Source of the DNA: Macrostomum hystrix
Lineage: Eukaryota > Animalia > Platyhelminthes
DNA: 64,000 nucleotides
Assembly (NCBI GenBank): GCA_950097015.1
Contig: CATNEN010000031.1
Coordinates: 744,001-808,000, forward strand
Direction of reading: 5' to 3'
Made by a program: the position numbers and the translations under genes. The notes beneath the pieces were generated by a model that saw only the letters and a list, made by a program, of their open reading frames with translations, made no database searches and was not told where the DNA came from. This document shows, one piece after another, positions 23,447 through 44,200 of this stretch (position 1 is its first letter; every line of letters starts with the position of its first letter).

Positions 23447-25565
23447 ACGTATCATTGGAATGCAGATCCACTGTTGCATTATTTGGCTGAAATTGTTAGG
23501 TGTGTGTGCTTAAGTTGATATACGCTCACATATATATATGATCATGTAGTAGTACTACACACTATTGATTTTGAGCTTACGATTTTACTGAAGTCAGATT
23601 TGCAGCTGTGAGTTACTCTCTGGTTTCTGTGTGCCTGATCCGAACTGACCGTGACTTCGACAGTGCTGTTCTCATAGATTCTGTCGGGTGTAACTTTAAT
23701 GCTAGGAGGATTCGGTTGATCTGGAGTGGGTTTTCAAGTAGCGACAGATGATTGACTTTATCCATTAAAGACATTGAGCCACCCTTATTCTTAATAATCA
23801 AGATAATAATCTATATCGCTAGATTGATAAAGTTATGTGCATAAAAATGTATGCTAATGGCTGAGGTAGGAATGTGGCATAAGTATGCAATCTTGAATAA
23901 CTTTGGAGTCTGGGCTGGCAGCTTGTTCCGTAGAGAATCAGCAAAGTACTCGTAGATTTTGGAGCATTGGGAGTTGGGTTTGTTTGAGACACTTACATGG
24001 ACTGAACAGCTGTACCCCGTGCCTGCACTGGCGGTTAATCTGGCCCAATATGATTAGGTGTCATTTATATTAATTTTTGTAGGTTTAATAATTTTAAATG
24101 TATTTGATTCGTCCTGATCAGATAAAGACAGGGCTTGGATTTCCAATTGCAAGCTGAAAGCCGAGACCATTTTAAAACTAGCAGCACTATACATTATGGC
24201 TAACATATTATGTCGTTCAAAGTTGAGCTGCGGATGATCTGCTCGAATACGATAGTGACATTGTGCCTCTGGACAGCTGTGCAAGATATTTTATGTCTGT
24301 TATGGGCTTGTTCAGGTGCAAATTACTCTTAACTCTTAACTTCAACCATCAGTTGTCATTATTGCAATGTCAAACTCTCACCGAATCCGAGCGGGCACAG
24401 AGAAGTACTGAATACGATCAGCGCAATCAGTATCAGCATGATGGCCGCCGCGTGTTAAACCGGACTGCTCACTACAAAAGCAGAGCTGTTTGAGCAAATT
24501 AGCTTTTAGAGCCTCCTATAGAAATGACGTCCTGTGTGATAAATAGGATAAATTTCGCAGTGCGAAAAATACTAGATTTCGAAAAATGAACATCTAATTG
24601 GCGCAGTGTATTTAAGTAAACTATTTGACAGGATGTAGAGCTCAGTTCTGCAAATAAAAGCTACAAAAAGTCAACAGACAATGAATCCTGGACCTAGTCT
24701 AAAAGCTCTGTAGCAGCTATAAGCCTTACAAATGGCAGGCGTGGATTCTGAAGCTTTCTTGATAAGCAAGAAAACTGCACAGAAATTTCACTTTAACTCT
24801 TAGCATTATTTCCTGATCCGTAGCTAAAATCTCGAAGCGAATAGAAGAGAAAATAGGCTAGACAATCAATTTTGAGGACCTCAGTTGCTTTCTGACTGAC
24901 CATAACACCATAACAATAACACCTTGAGTTTTATAAGACTCTAATTATTGCCTTCCACATGGAAAAATATGAAACCTCTTCCTCTGCATCCGCCTTTTGT
25001 TTATCAGGTAAAATGTGATTTAAGCATGAGTCATAAATGCGCGCTATTAATAAATTAAGAAAATGTTCCACTGAAAAACTTCCAGAATCACAAAACATCA
25101 GCATCGTCGAGATTTCCAACGATTCTAGTAGGGGGTGTCTGGCGGCAAAACCACCATAGGCATAAATGTTTTGCTCACAATACATTCACATTTAAATTAA
25201 TCATTTACGCGTTTCACGGCCCGACCGCTGTGCATATCTATGGAATTCTACCATAGACAACAGCAGAGGTCGGGCTGCCATTAGTTTCAACCTCGTCTCA
25301 ACCTGGATTTGCCATAGAGGTTTATACTGAGCCATGTTTGTTGTCCTTGTCAGCAGGGTCGTCGAAAATAAAATACTAAAAAGTTATTTTAGTATCTATG
25401 GAAAATGCTGAGGCTGGACGGCATTGAAAGTTAGTTCATCGTTAAGGGCGGAAAATTAAATTTGACCCATATGGTGGACTTTCACGGTCCTTCGGTTTGG
25501 GAGCTATCGCGAAGTCGGCAGTGGGTATTTGAAATACCCTGCATGGTCTTTCCCCAGGCAAAAAT

Positions 25566-26462
25566 GGTTTACTCCCGATTCGCCAAATCCCGATTCGCCG
25601 AAATTCCTGACTCGCCGAATTCCCGATTCGCCGAAATTCCTGACTCGAATCCTGATTCGCTGAATCCTGATTCAATACATCTTACTTTATCATAAATTAA
25701 AATTAAACCACATAACCATTGCCCTCTTTGAGTGTTGGTCAAACATTGGAACTCTATTTCTATTGTATTGAAATTAAGGTTGTAGCCTAGTGGTTAGGGC
25801 GTCGGACTCACGACTTGAAGGTCGGGGGTTCGATTCCCGACTCCACTGGAACAATTTGCGTCCTTTAGCAAGACACTTAACTCTGCATTGCTTCAGTTCA
25901 CCCAGCTGTTAAATGGGTACCAGCATCAGCTGGGATAATTGAAGGTGGGTGTGGCGTCCCCCCAGTCCGTGGACTGAACAGCCGTACGCAGCCTTCAGAT
26001 GCGCCGCGCATTAGCTGCGGCTGTGCTGTCGGCTGCACATCTGACCCAATTAGGGCAGGTGTAATCAATTATTATGAATAAATAAAAAAAAAAAATTAAT
26101 AAAAATATATAAATTGAAATTAATTAAAAAAACTAACTTAAATGAAATGCAGTTTCTTAATTAATTAACTTGTAAACTTGCTTCTAAACTTTATTAACTT
26201 TCTGGAACGTACTAATTTATCAAATTTATCATTTATCCTACCTCGTAGATTGAGTGAGCAAAGAAGAACATCACACGTACTTCGGAAAAAGCAAAACTTG
26301 CTGGACATCCTTGTAGAGCCGAAAGTAAAAGTGTAATGAGGTACGGTAGCTCAGCAAAAAATGTTCTTAGGAATTTTTTCGGCAAAGAGGGAATTCGACG
26401 AATCGGGAATCGTCGAATCGGGAATCGGCGAATCGGGAATTTCGGCGAATCGGGAGTAAACC
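25566..26462. mobile_element. Non-autonomous TIR element with CCCGATTCGCCGAAATT subterminal repeats; contains a SINE
   Basis: GGTTTACTCCCGATTCGCC at the left end mirrored by GGCGAATCGGGAGTAAACC at the right. Confidence 0.8.
25778..26075 (+). mobile_element. tRNA-derived SINE, best-preserved copy
   Basis: A-box TAGCCTAGTGG, B-box GGTTCGATTCC, central block resembling the conserved metazoan SINE cores (Deu/Nin or Meta type), (ATT)n tail. Confidence 0.9.
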
Positions 26463-27967
26463 GGTAAAAAAAGAGTGTTGTTTATACTTTTAACACATAA
26501 TCCTTATTCAAACAAAGATTTTTTAATTTTTTTTATAAGAATTAATCAGTATTTTGTATCTTATGTAGAGAATAACAGCATTTCAGCAGGACAACGCTTG
26601 CAGAATATTGTATTATAAAATAATACAATTGTCCGCTCGCCCTACAAATCGCCGAGCCTCTGCAGGATAAAGTCATTCAGTTTTGATTTGATTTGCTTTG
26701 GTTGTCGCTGCGTTGCCCGATTTTCATTGGTATGCTTAATGTTAAAAGAACTGTGACAAATAGGTTGACAAGTTGACCTTTCTGTGCTTGAAATAAAAGT
26801 GACTTATTTTTTTAAGTTGTTAAAAATTTATTATCAGTTCTGAGTAAAGAACCAAAGAAGAACTTTACTCAGAATGAGGACAAAGTGGCATTATTGGGAC
26901 TGCTAAAGTCTCTGCGACGACAAATTGACTAAGAAATTGAATGAGTAGACAAATCAGTAGCATATTGTCATGCAGTTTGGGGAAATTTTATTCGAGAGTT
27001 AAGATCCACAAGAATTATGGCTAGCAGCGGTGTGAATACGAGAATTTCGTAAAATATCGTTTAGTAGCAATAGAATAAATTGTTTAACACGACACAAGAG
27101 CGCACTACAGTTAAAATTTCTACTACTTATGCAGTATGCACTGTACTTTACTGTACTGCAATGTTATGAAATGTAATGTATGAATGTAATATAATTTGTG
27201 ATCAAATTTAATGAAGTGCATTGCATATAAATGTAGAATACATTTATCCTACCTCACAAGAGCATGACAACAATAAGCCACATAGTGCGGTTGGCTGTAC
27301 GCATTTAGTCATTCAGTTTTTTGTCAACTACCGCATTAGACAACATAAATAAACTTAATAGATGGTTTTGTTTCAGAGCGACACACATTCTATGAAAACT
27401 TCCATTATACGCTCGTAATATTGACTGCAGAAATCGAATCTACGCATTAATCTGAATCTAAAAGAAAGTGTCTAGCATCAACCCTCGGCTTGCGGAAACA
27501 TCAGGTCGAATCTTCATTCCGGTTAGTCGACAGCTGCAAAGATTCGGTCAACGATGAAAACTACACTTCAAATAGAGTGCTTGCACGGATTTTTCATATT
27601 ATTTCGTTTCATTTCAGGTAGCAGTAATGAGAGTACCAGCATCTGCTGAGATGGAACTTTACGATGGAATTGAGATGGCCAACAACAACAACAACAACAG
27701 CAAGAATGTACCCTGGCAAGATAAAAAAATACAGCATCAATGGGCGCGCTTCAGAGCCTGAGCGCGAACGAAAGACGCCATAAAGTTCGGGGCCCCAGCG
27801 ACAGCCATCAGGCAAACAATCAAACGCCGAGGTCGGGCTTGGCCGCGCCGGCGCCTTCCTGCAGCGTGAGCAGCAGCACCTTCTGAACCGGCTGTGGGCA
27901 GGCCACGGACTGATGGCCCACAGAATGAGCGTGACCATCAAAACAGAACAGCAGCTGAGAATCAAGT

Positions 27968-35401
<7,434 letters not shown>

Positions 35402-37017
35402 GGCGAAAGGGGGAGTGAGTTCATGCAGCAACATAGACTGCTTACTCTTGGCGCTTTTGTTGAGGCAGAAGACAAAGCGCAACGGGAAGCAACTTCTCTT
35501 CCAGTTTTCTGCTAATGATGGTTTAAAAAACTACTGACACGGCTTTTCACCAATCCGAAAGTCGCCAGTTTAGTAGGTTCCATGCAATTACGGTCTCCAG
35601 GCAGCGATGCTGGCACTGGGTGCTTGTCAAAGATTAACCTAGAGATAGCTAGCAGCGCATTTCCAAGAAATTTTGCGCTCGCACAGACTGTCTTACAATG
35701 AAACGTGGCATTAGATTAACATACAGTTTTATATAGCTTAGGCATGTTGTGGGCTCTGAATTTCCAAGAAATAGCATTATCATTCAGCATCGCAAAGTGC
35801 GCACAATTTCCAACGTGCAAGTTCATGAGTCTAAATTGCAAAATCAAAGACATAATTGTAACATTTACACAAAGCGTATTTTCTGTGTAAAAAGCGAATT
35901 TTTCGTTCCTTTATTTATTAGAAACAAAAATATTATAGTATTTTCGTCAATGCATTGACCATATAAAGAAAAAATCGTAAACTTCAATCATTAGTACGCA
36001 CACTAATCCCTACTGCGAGTATCTAGTAATCAATATCGCGGATGCACAGCTCACCAGACCTCGTTGAACATCGTGACCGCCATGTTCTCGCTTCCAGCTT
36101 GTCTGTTCACTCTTCTTTGCCATGCCTGAGATTTAGAGCATGTGCCATTTCGTAGACCTTCTGTACTGCCCTATCAATTTTACCTGTAAGAATCAGATCG
36201 CTAGAAATGATACTTATTAGCTAGCTCATGTCGTGATCACTCTACAAGCAAGATGAGCGCAAATCATCTAACCTATGAGACTTCATAATAATTTTCGCGT
36301 AGCTAGTTCATGCCTCTCCTGCTCAAAGTATCACCTGTTGTCCCGTGATTCCCGTCGCCTCTCTCAACACACAGTACACCAATAATATTATAATTTACAT
36401 TAGGCATTTAGCCACGCGATTCGGTTTGCATATTTTAGACTTCAATTTGCTAAAGTTGGACACGACTAGGGTGGTGCATAGCTAATCTGATAGTGTCTGA
36501 TAGTGAAACAGCATCATCCTGAATTGAACAAATCAACAGGCTTTGTATATCAGCTACACAAACTAGCCCCTCAATGCCCGATTACTTCCGGCGCGGCGTA
36601 ACTTCGAGAATCAGCATTCGATTCTTGAGAGATCACATAGTTAGCAAGCTGCATAAATACACAGGCAATACCAGGTTATGCATAGTAAATTACTGAATTG
36701 GCACGCATTAGATGCTGCAGGAAGTTGATTAAATCCCCAGAAAAATATTGCTGCTAAAATGGTGCAAACCACATATTTAAGGGGATGACCGAAAGTTGCG
36801 GATATTTCAAAGCCGAATTTGTCTTGTGCAGTTTATTTTATACTTTTAAGAGCGAAATGAAAAGTGAGTATAGGTTGATGAAAATTCAGGTGTGAGGTGT
36901 TGTGTCGTGTGTTAGAGCGGTAGGGGCATCGAAGTGGTGAGGTGTGTCAGGGAGTATTGTAGCACTGTATGACCGCGGCATCTCTAATGCTTACATCTTT
37001 TTGCAGGCAATTATTCG

Positions 37018-37327
37018 ATAATAATTTGATTGATTACAGCTGCCCAATGGAGCCAGATGCGCAGCCGACAACATAGCCTCACCTATTGCTCGGCGCATCT
37101 GATGGCAGCGTACGGCTGTTCAGTCCAAGGACTGGGACTCCCCACCCTAAATTACCTAAATTACCAATCACCCCAGCTAATGTTGCTACCCATTTAACAG
37201 CTGGGTGAACTGAAGCAGTGCAGATTTTAGTACTTTTCTAAAGGGTACAAATTGTTCCAGTGGAGTCGGGAATCGAACCCCGGACCTTCAAGTCGGGAGT
37301 CCAAAGCTCTAACCACTAGACCACGGA
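37018..37327 (-). mobile_element. tRNA-derived SINE copy
   Basis: Reverse-complement homolog of 25778-26075, including the B-box (GGAATCGAACC on +). Confidence 0.85.
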
Positions 37328-38226
37328 CCCACTCGGAGTCAGCAGAGGTGTAGTAGACGGTGGTAGCCATGTAAAATAGGATTTCGGAAATCGGGTCCTG
37401 TGCTACTCAATGCTATATTCATGATTAGAGATAGACAAACTAATAATAACAAAATCCAATAAATATACGGCCTTGCTTTTCTCATACTCTGAGCGTAAAT
37501 TTTGTGTATATTAAGTAGTTAGCACTTTTATTTAAATGCTTGAATAAATAAACAAATAAAACAACATCACAATTTTGATAAACATTTTAGCGTAAAAATA
37601 CGTTTTAGAAAATAGCTTCGCATATTATAAAATATAAGAAATTTTATTGGAATTGAAAAGTTCATCGCTTTATTAAAAGCTGCAATATCAACACTAAACA
37701 ATGTCAGTCAGTTATCACTAAGGATTCTAAAGCTTGAAATAGAATACCTTGCTGTGTAGCTCTTGACAGGAATAAACAACGAAATAATTCATCCGGATTC
37801 ATTCCAACCGAAAAGCAGGGATATGCATTAATTATTCGTGAGCATCGACAGTGGTTCAACCTGTGCTTCCCCAGGGTGCAGCTCTAAATATGGAGAAACT
37901 AAAATAGCGATAGAAACACTGGAAATTAAATCCTTATATTCAGAATATTTCACAATTTAAACACGGGATTATAAACAAAAAATTGTCTAATCATAGCGAG
38001 TCATCTAGAATAAGTTCTAGAATAAGCCATCTATGACGAACTCAACAGGAATGATAACAGTTTCCTGAACAATTCTTTGAAGTCAAGTCTTCAGCGTGAG
38101 AGCTATTAGAGCTACATTCGGTGTACTTCAGTATGCTCAGCAACTTCCAGTTGAAATAACAGAAAGTCCATGTCCGTATTTCATCCATAAACATAACTCG
38201 AATTTCTAATTTTAAAGCACTCGCCA

Positions 38227-41200
38227 CTACATCTGGCCCTCTTGATGGACACCTCCAATCGAATCAAACGGCTGGCGTATGACTCGTCCGTTGCAGTCGC
38301 AGCTGACAAATGTCCTACCGTCGGTGTCAATGTGACCCACAATGTCTGTGTACAAGGTGAGGCTGCTCTCGGAGAGCTCTGCTGGCGGAAACTGACTGGA
38401 TGCCCCCGGTTCTGGTTTCACCACTTGCACGTAAACATCACCGGAGTCTGCGTAAGAGGTACCAGGCATGATTAGTGGCAGGGCAGGTGCGACAGACTTA
38501 GCCGCATTGTCATGTGTCGCTAGTGTGCCTGTTTTGCTAGGTATTGCCAGCTTTGTAGATTTGCCACTTGCGCCACATTTTGTTGGCTTAGCAGATTTGC
38601 TGAGAGAAGCACGTTTAGCATTAGAGGCTCGATCAGATCTGGGGCGCGAGGCGGATTTGGCCGTTGACAGCGGTCGGACTCGTCTCCCAACAGCCAGTTC
38701 AGAGACTCTGCGGCCAGTGGCGCCCGTCGGCTTGCGGCGGCTGCGTGCGATGCAGAGAGCCACAATGAGACCCAGGGTGAGCAGCGAGGCCGTTGTTGTC
38801 GAGATGCCAATTCCCACTGATATGAAGAACAGATGGCTGGGCTCAGTTGAAGAGCCTCCGGGAATCAAAGTGGTGGCCATTCGAATTGCAGTAGCTGAAA
38901 GTTTAAATCGATCAATGAGAATTATAAATTTAATTTCAGCTTTTTGTATGGCAGAAAAACAGCAGATTTAAATCAAATATATATATAATAAATCTGTGTC
39001 AAATCATTCTAAATGTCAGAAAAAATAGGATAGGGGAAACGTAAATTACTGTATGATATAAAGGCTAAGGCAAAAATTCAACATTTTTATTTTGGCTTGC
39101 CTATAACTCCCATACAAATACGGCAGTTTTATCAGTCAATTGACTTACTTATTATACTAATGAATACAACACTATGTGCTCACAATCAGCTGTAAGGCTT
39201 TCTACGAGCGTGAATTAAAAACAAGGCCTAAATTTTTCTCTCCGTGGCAATGGCTGGCTGGCTTAGAATATCTATGGTCTATTTCACATGGGGAACCACT
39301 CCGATAATGTTTTTGCTAAAATTTCGTCTTTTAAGCTTGCAAGTTAAAGGCATTGTGCAAACAGAGAGAAGACTACAGAACGGGATGCTCAATTGCAAGG
39401 ATACCAGTCTAATACACCCATTGTCCTACAGACAAATAATCGTTTCATTGGTCTGAGGCAGAGCTGGCGCATGCGTCAACTTGCAACCGTCAAGACGGAA
39501 GTTAGAATTTAAAAATATATTTTACAAGTTAGAAAACTTAGAAAAGCTGTTCAACCGACAATCGCATGAACTGAATAATTGTTGGATAAGCTAGCTAGCA
39601 CTGCATTAACTCAATTTAATAATCATTGACGACTCAATAGCTACCCAAAGTAAAAAGCGATCGCAATGAGCTTAGCTTAGCATTTCGCATGTACAATGTA
39701 CTTACTTAACTCACTGCAGTTAAATGAATGCTCTGTTCGATTGAGCACATTCTTGCCAGCTGCAGTTTGATTCACCTGGCAGACTATCAGGACATGGCTT
39801 GTAGCTTGGCATTGCTGCTGTGAAATCTCGAGAATCGTACCATTTTCAACTGGTAAAAGTTTCGGCACTGACACACTGGATTCGCTCTGCAAAGTTGGGG
39901 TCGCGTTCTCAGTTTCGGAAGACTTGTGAGGGTGGACACGTCAGGCCCGACAGCAGCGCACGGATGCTTGAGAATTTGAGAATAAAAGACGTGAACGAAA
40001 GTCAGGAAGGGAGCAGAAGACGGAAATTAGGAAGCTAGAATACGCTTGTATTGACATAACAAAGCTGATACGAGCGAATCTGACAAGGACAATAATGAGA
40101 TAGGATGATTGGCAAAGTGAACGATTGTACTGAAATATTTCAATGAATATAAGCAAAACTTGTAGCATAAAAGGACAACGAATTCCAAACCTATATGAAG
40201 AAATGCACTCACTGAATTCATCGAACACATTGTACTTGGCTTTGGATTCGCTTCCGAAACTGAAACTTCCACTGACACGTGCCTTTGGTTCAGTCGATGA
40301 AGCTTGACGCTAACCCGAGGCTGATCTACCCGAGGTAAATCAATAACAGAAACTGGTAATTGGATGATGATGACAAATAGATAAGAACTATTCTGTATCT
40401 CTCACAAAATACGCTGACGTTTTGAACAAGCTGATCAGCTCTCCTTGAGCACGGGTGATTAGCGATGCACACCAGTTTGGAGCCGTGCATCGATCGACGC
40501 GCTGCGATGCGGAACGCGGACTGGCCGTTCGATTCAGCAATATTCTCTAGTGAGATGTTCTCCTGCAAAGCAGTTCGTTCAAGAATTTTGTGCTTATGCC
40601 ATTCCTATATGCCAATAAAGCTATTGAAAACCTACAGATGGGAGTTTAGTCATGAGTAGCAGCCAGCATTGGTGCTTCACTTGAGGGCTGTCACTGACTG
40701 AGCTGACATTGACAGAAATGCCGTCGCCCTCCCAAACACTGACAGTCTGCGTTGCAGTCCATCTGCTTTCTGGCTGCTCTAAAACGGAATAATTATAACA
40801 TCAAGAACACGAAACGTAAACGAATCCGCCTCAGTGCGCAGTGTCATCAGGCGAGACGCTGGGTTGTCTACTACGAGTATTTTTCCTCAGCCTAATGTAG
40901 AGTGCAGAATTGCGGTAATATTTATTTTAACCAATCATGCGCTAGCTACTCTACTCAACCGCTTAGTAGTAGTTTTTAAAATGCGAACCAGAAAACATAC
41001 AAGTACAGCATGTGATTCATTTTAACAAAAAGGAGAAACGAATCAATCAAAAGTCATGTGACTACTATTAATAGTATCAAATCATTACGTTGTTTAGCGC
41101 TGTTTTGCGCTACTAAACAGAAAAATTCCGCAACCCAACCACAATGACTCCTGCAAGGCTCTGAAAGCAACCGACTTGCGCTCAATGGAGCTCATTCACT

Positions 41201-44200
41201 GTGCATGCGGACCTTTTCCTAAGTGCAATAGCTCGACACACTAGCGAATACTTTTTCACCTGCCCCCAAGGCATACGATCAAAGTTATTAGGACACGGCC
41301 CATGCCGCACGTCGCAACGAATGCATACAGCACACTATAAAGCTGTTTTGGAAGGGGGTCGGTGCCAGAGCGGTAAACGCGTTTGCCTCTCGCACCACGG
41401 TCCCTGAGCTCGATTCCACGGCGAGGCCACATTTATTTGGGACGCAGCCGCGCAAAGAAGGCTTGGGGCTTGTCGTGCAATTTACGCCCTTGAGGGCCAA
41501 CCTCCAAGGCACAGTGAAGTGTACACTGCCTGACGATGAGAAAGTCAGGGCAGATGTACGCACCTGTGTGAGTGTATGCCTTCGTACGATATTTGTGTGC
41601 GCGTGTGCTCAGGAGTCAGCGAATTGCCTCCTCGCGGGCTGCGGGTCTAGTGTCACAGAATGATTTGCCACTGCCTGCAGCACTCCTGCAATTATTTTTA
41701 TTATAAGCTTTTTCGACTTACGAGTCAAACCAAAATACACTCACAACACACAATTCAGGCTAAACTTATTTATGCTTATACGAAGGGTGTACTGAAAGTT
41801 TTGAGATGCACCAAAACCAAAAAAGTCTGAGGCAAATTTTCTGTCACTAGTTTTCTATGTAGTTGCCACCAGCTTGTACACATTTCCTCATTCGGTGAAA
41901 CCACTGCGTCCAGGCTCCAGCCCACTGTTCTTCAGGCACTGCTGAAACCACCCGCTCGAACTCGATTCTTGCTGCTTCAGGGCTCTCAAACCGAGTGCCA
42001 TGCAGTTGGTTCTTCACCAAAGGGAAGAGAAAGAAGTCGCAGGGTGCCATATCGCGCGAATATGCAGGATGCGTCACCAGCTGGACTCCATTCTCGGCCA
42101 GAAATGCCAATGTTGCAGCAGCCGTGTGCGCACTGGCATTGTCGTGGTGCAGCAGCAGGCCACAAAGTTGCGCGACCGGCGTCTGCGCCACGCTTCGAAC
42201 ACCAGCCAGCGGCAGGCACTGGTTGATATACCAGTCGGCATTGACTTACGCCTGTCTTGGAGCGCTACAGTCGCCAGGTGCCCAGCCTGGCTGAAGAAAG
42301 TCCCCACCATCTGCTTCCCGACGCTGCGGGCCCGCTTGACCTTCGTTGGAGTGGCATCATCCGGAAGGAGCCAAACTGCCGACTGCTGCTTGGTTTCCGG
42401 GTCGTACTGGTAGACCCAGGTCTCGTCGCCGGTGACAATCTCCCAGCATCGCTTCGAGATGCCAGAGCCGAATCTTTCGAGCATGAATTCGCACTAACGC
42501 ACCCTCTCCGCTTTCTGGTCCTCCGTCAGGTTGTGGGGCACCCATTGGGCACATCGTTTGGAGGCTCACAGCTTGTCGTGTAGGATGGTCGTAACCGCTG
42601 CCGATCCAATGCCAAGAGCCTCTTTGAACTCGCCACAGGTCATTCGCCGGTCTTCGTCGATCATTCTCCGGACGGCAGCGATGTTTTCATCCGTGACAGC
42701 GGAAGCTGGACGTCCCGACCGAGGCTCGGTCATCAAGGCTGCTCCGGCCCCACTTGCATTGGCTGTCCCACCGAAAAACGGTGGCACGTGGCTTGGTCTC
42801 CAAAGGCAGCACGTAAACTTTCAACGCATTGCTCTTGTGTGAGACCTTTACGCTGGTCGTAAACTATCATGGCACGAAAGTCGCGGTTTGTCAACTCCAT
42901 TGGAGCGAGTACAGTTTGGTAGGGGGTATTGACCTTGAAGAGTGATTGTGAAAAATTGCCAAGAGTGCAAAGGCTAAAATTTATACTTAATCATTTTTAA
43001 GGAGGTATAGTATGTACATTAAAAGGCGTGCAGCTGAGACATTTGAGTCAGACGTATCTCAAAACTTTCAAAACGATCCTCGCACGATGTGTAATATGTA
43101 TGCATGTATAAATTCACACCGAAACTCAAGCTTCTCTGAAAGGTATGCATCTCAGAGCAATGAACGAGAAATACTCACTTCGCACGTTAATTCTGCTGCT
43201 GTTGAACACTGCCGCATTGGCACCCGAGAAATTTTGCTTCATTCTGCAGCTAATCACCTTCCCACTGTCCTCCAATGACATGTTGAAACTGAAGGAAAAG
43301 CCACCCTGGACCACTTTCTGCTAAAATGTAACAGTGGTATTTTAAGACTTCTCCTTAAGCAATCGCATGTTACTTATTGGTTAGCTGATGTTGAGGCTAC
43401 AGTGATTTAAGCATTTTGTACTTGGCCTCACATTGCGTGACTCTGAAAATGTGCCAGCGAAAGTGCAGCTGACAAATGAGGCTTCAGGATTTCCAAGGTC
43501 GGTCACATTGAGGCGGAAATGTGCAGTGAAGCCGTGACACAAGACTGGGGACAGCCGCTGTACTGTTGCAGCTGGCCGGTCTACAAAGGAGTAACCGTAT
43601 TTAGCTTGTGTATGACACTTGCAATCTGTTTCTGACTGCTTATTTTAAAAGAGAGAATGCCAGTATGAACTTTTCAGTAAACTCACAGTACACAGGTGGA
43701 GCATTTATAGACTCGTTCCTTTCACAGCCGAGTCCCGGCTGGCTCACAGAGCACCGGATGCGGGTTGAAGAGCCCCATCGTCTGGATGCGTGACCGGTGA
43801 AAGACTCGCTTGCGACTGACTTCTGCAGAAATAAAGCCATGAAATCAGCGACCATTACTCATGAAGGTGGCTCAAAATGTCCCACTAAAGAAGGCATGTG
43901 CCTTCAAATTTCCCATTATTGCTTAGAAAGCTGCTTGTGATAGAAATATTGGACATTCTACAATCTTTCATGAACTACTTACAGAGAGGCTTCTCATTGT
44001 TTCTTCTCCATGCTGGGTGAGCACAGAGCAATGATAGCTGGTGTGAAACGGCCAGTTGCTGCTTGTTGAGTTCGCTGTGACACTGACGACTGATCCTTCC
44101 AGCCAGTAGCTGCCGGGTGACAGTTAGATGCGAGCCTCACAGGGGTCTGAAGTGCACGCAGGGTGTAAGCAAAGATAATGATTCGCTTATCACAATGGCT

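Larger units (their letters stand above)
16991..24439 (-). pseudogene. Receptor gene B (disrupted): signal peptide, divergent N-terminal region, ~4 Ig-like domains, TM, tyrosine cassette tail
   Basis: SP exon 24439-24382 (MLILIALIVFSTSLCPLGF); Ig half-exons ~23720-23580, 23486/20039 (LINE-split), 19963-19815, 19401-19269, ~19250-18894, ~18570-18430; TM exon ~18330-17950 (RLIIAIIAVTVTSVVIVVVAIGLL...ERDPN); cassettes 17879-17826, 17186-17124, 17044-16991. Disrupted by a LINE and an 85-bp duplication. Confidence 0.75.

Noticed and set aside
25778-25860. Possible tRNA gene
   Set aside because: The tRNA-like head continues into a SINE body and AT-rich tail shared by four copies; no complete cloverleaf seen.
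36055-36083. Short ATG-donor exon (MAVTMFNEV) upstream of gene C
   Set aside because: No compatible downstream exon identified; insufficient support.
41521-41559. Possible hammerhead ribozyme or SECIS (CTGACGATGAGAAA)
   Set aside because: Does not match the CUGAUGA-stem-GAAA core geometry or SECIS spacing; retained only as an unexplained hairpin.
41969-42842. Plus-strand ORFs within the mariners (also 60169-61042) and within the LINE at 51860-53490
   Set aside because: Antisense shadows of GC-rich transposon coding sequence.
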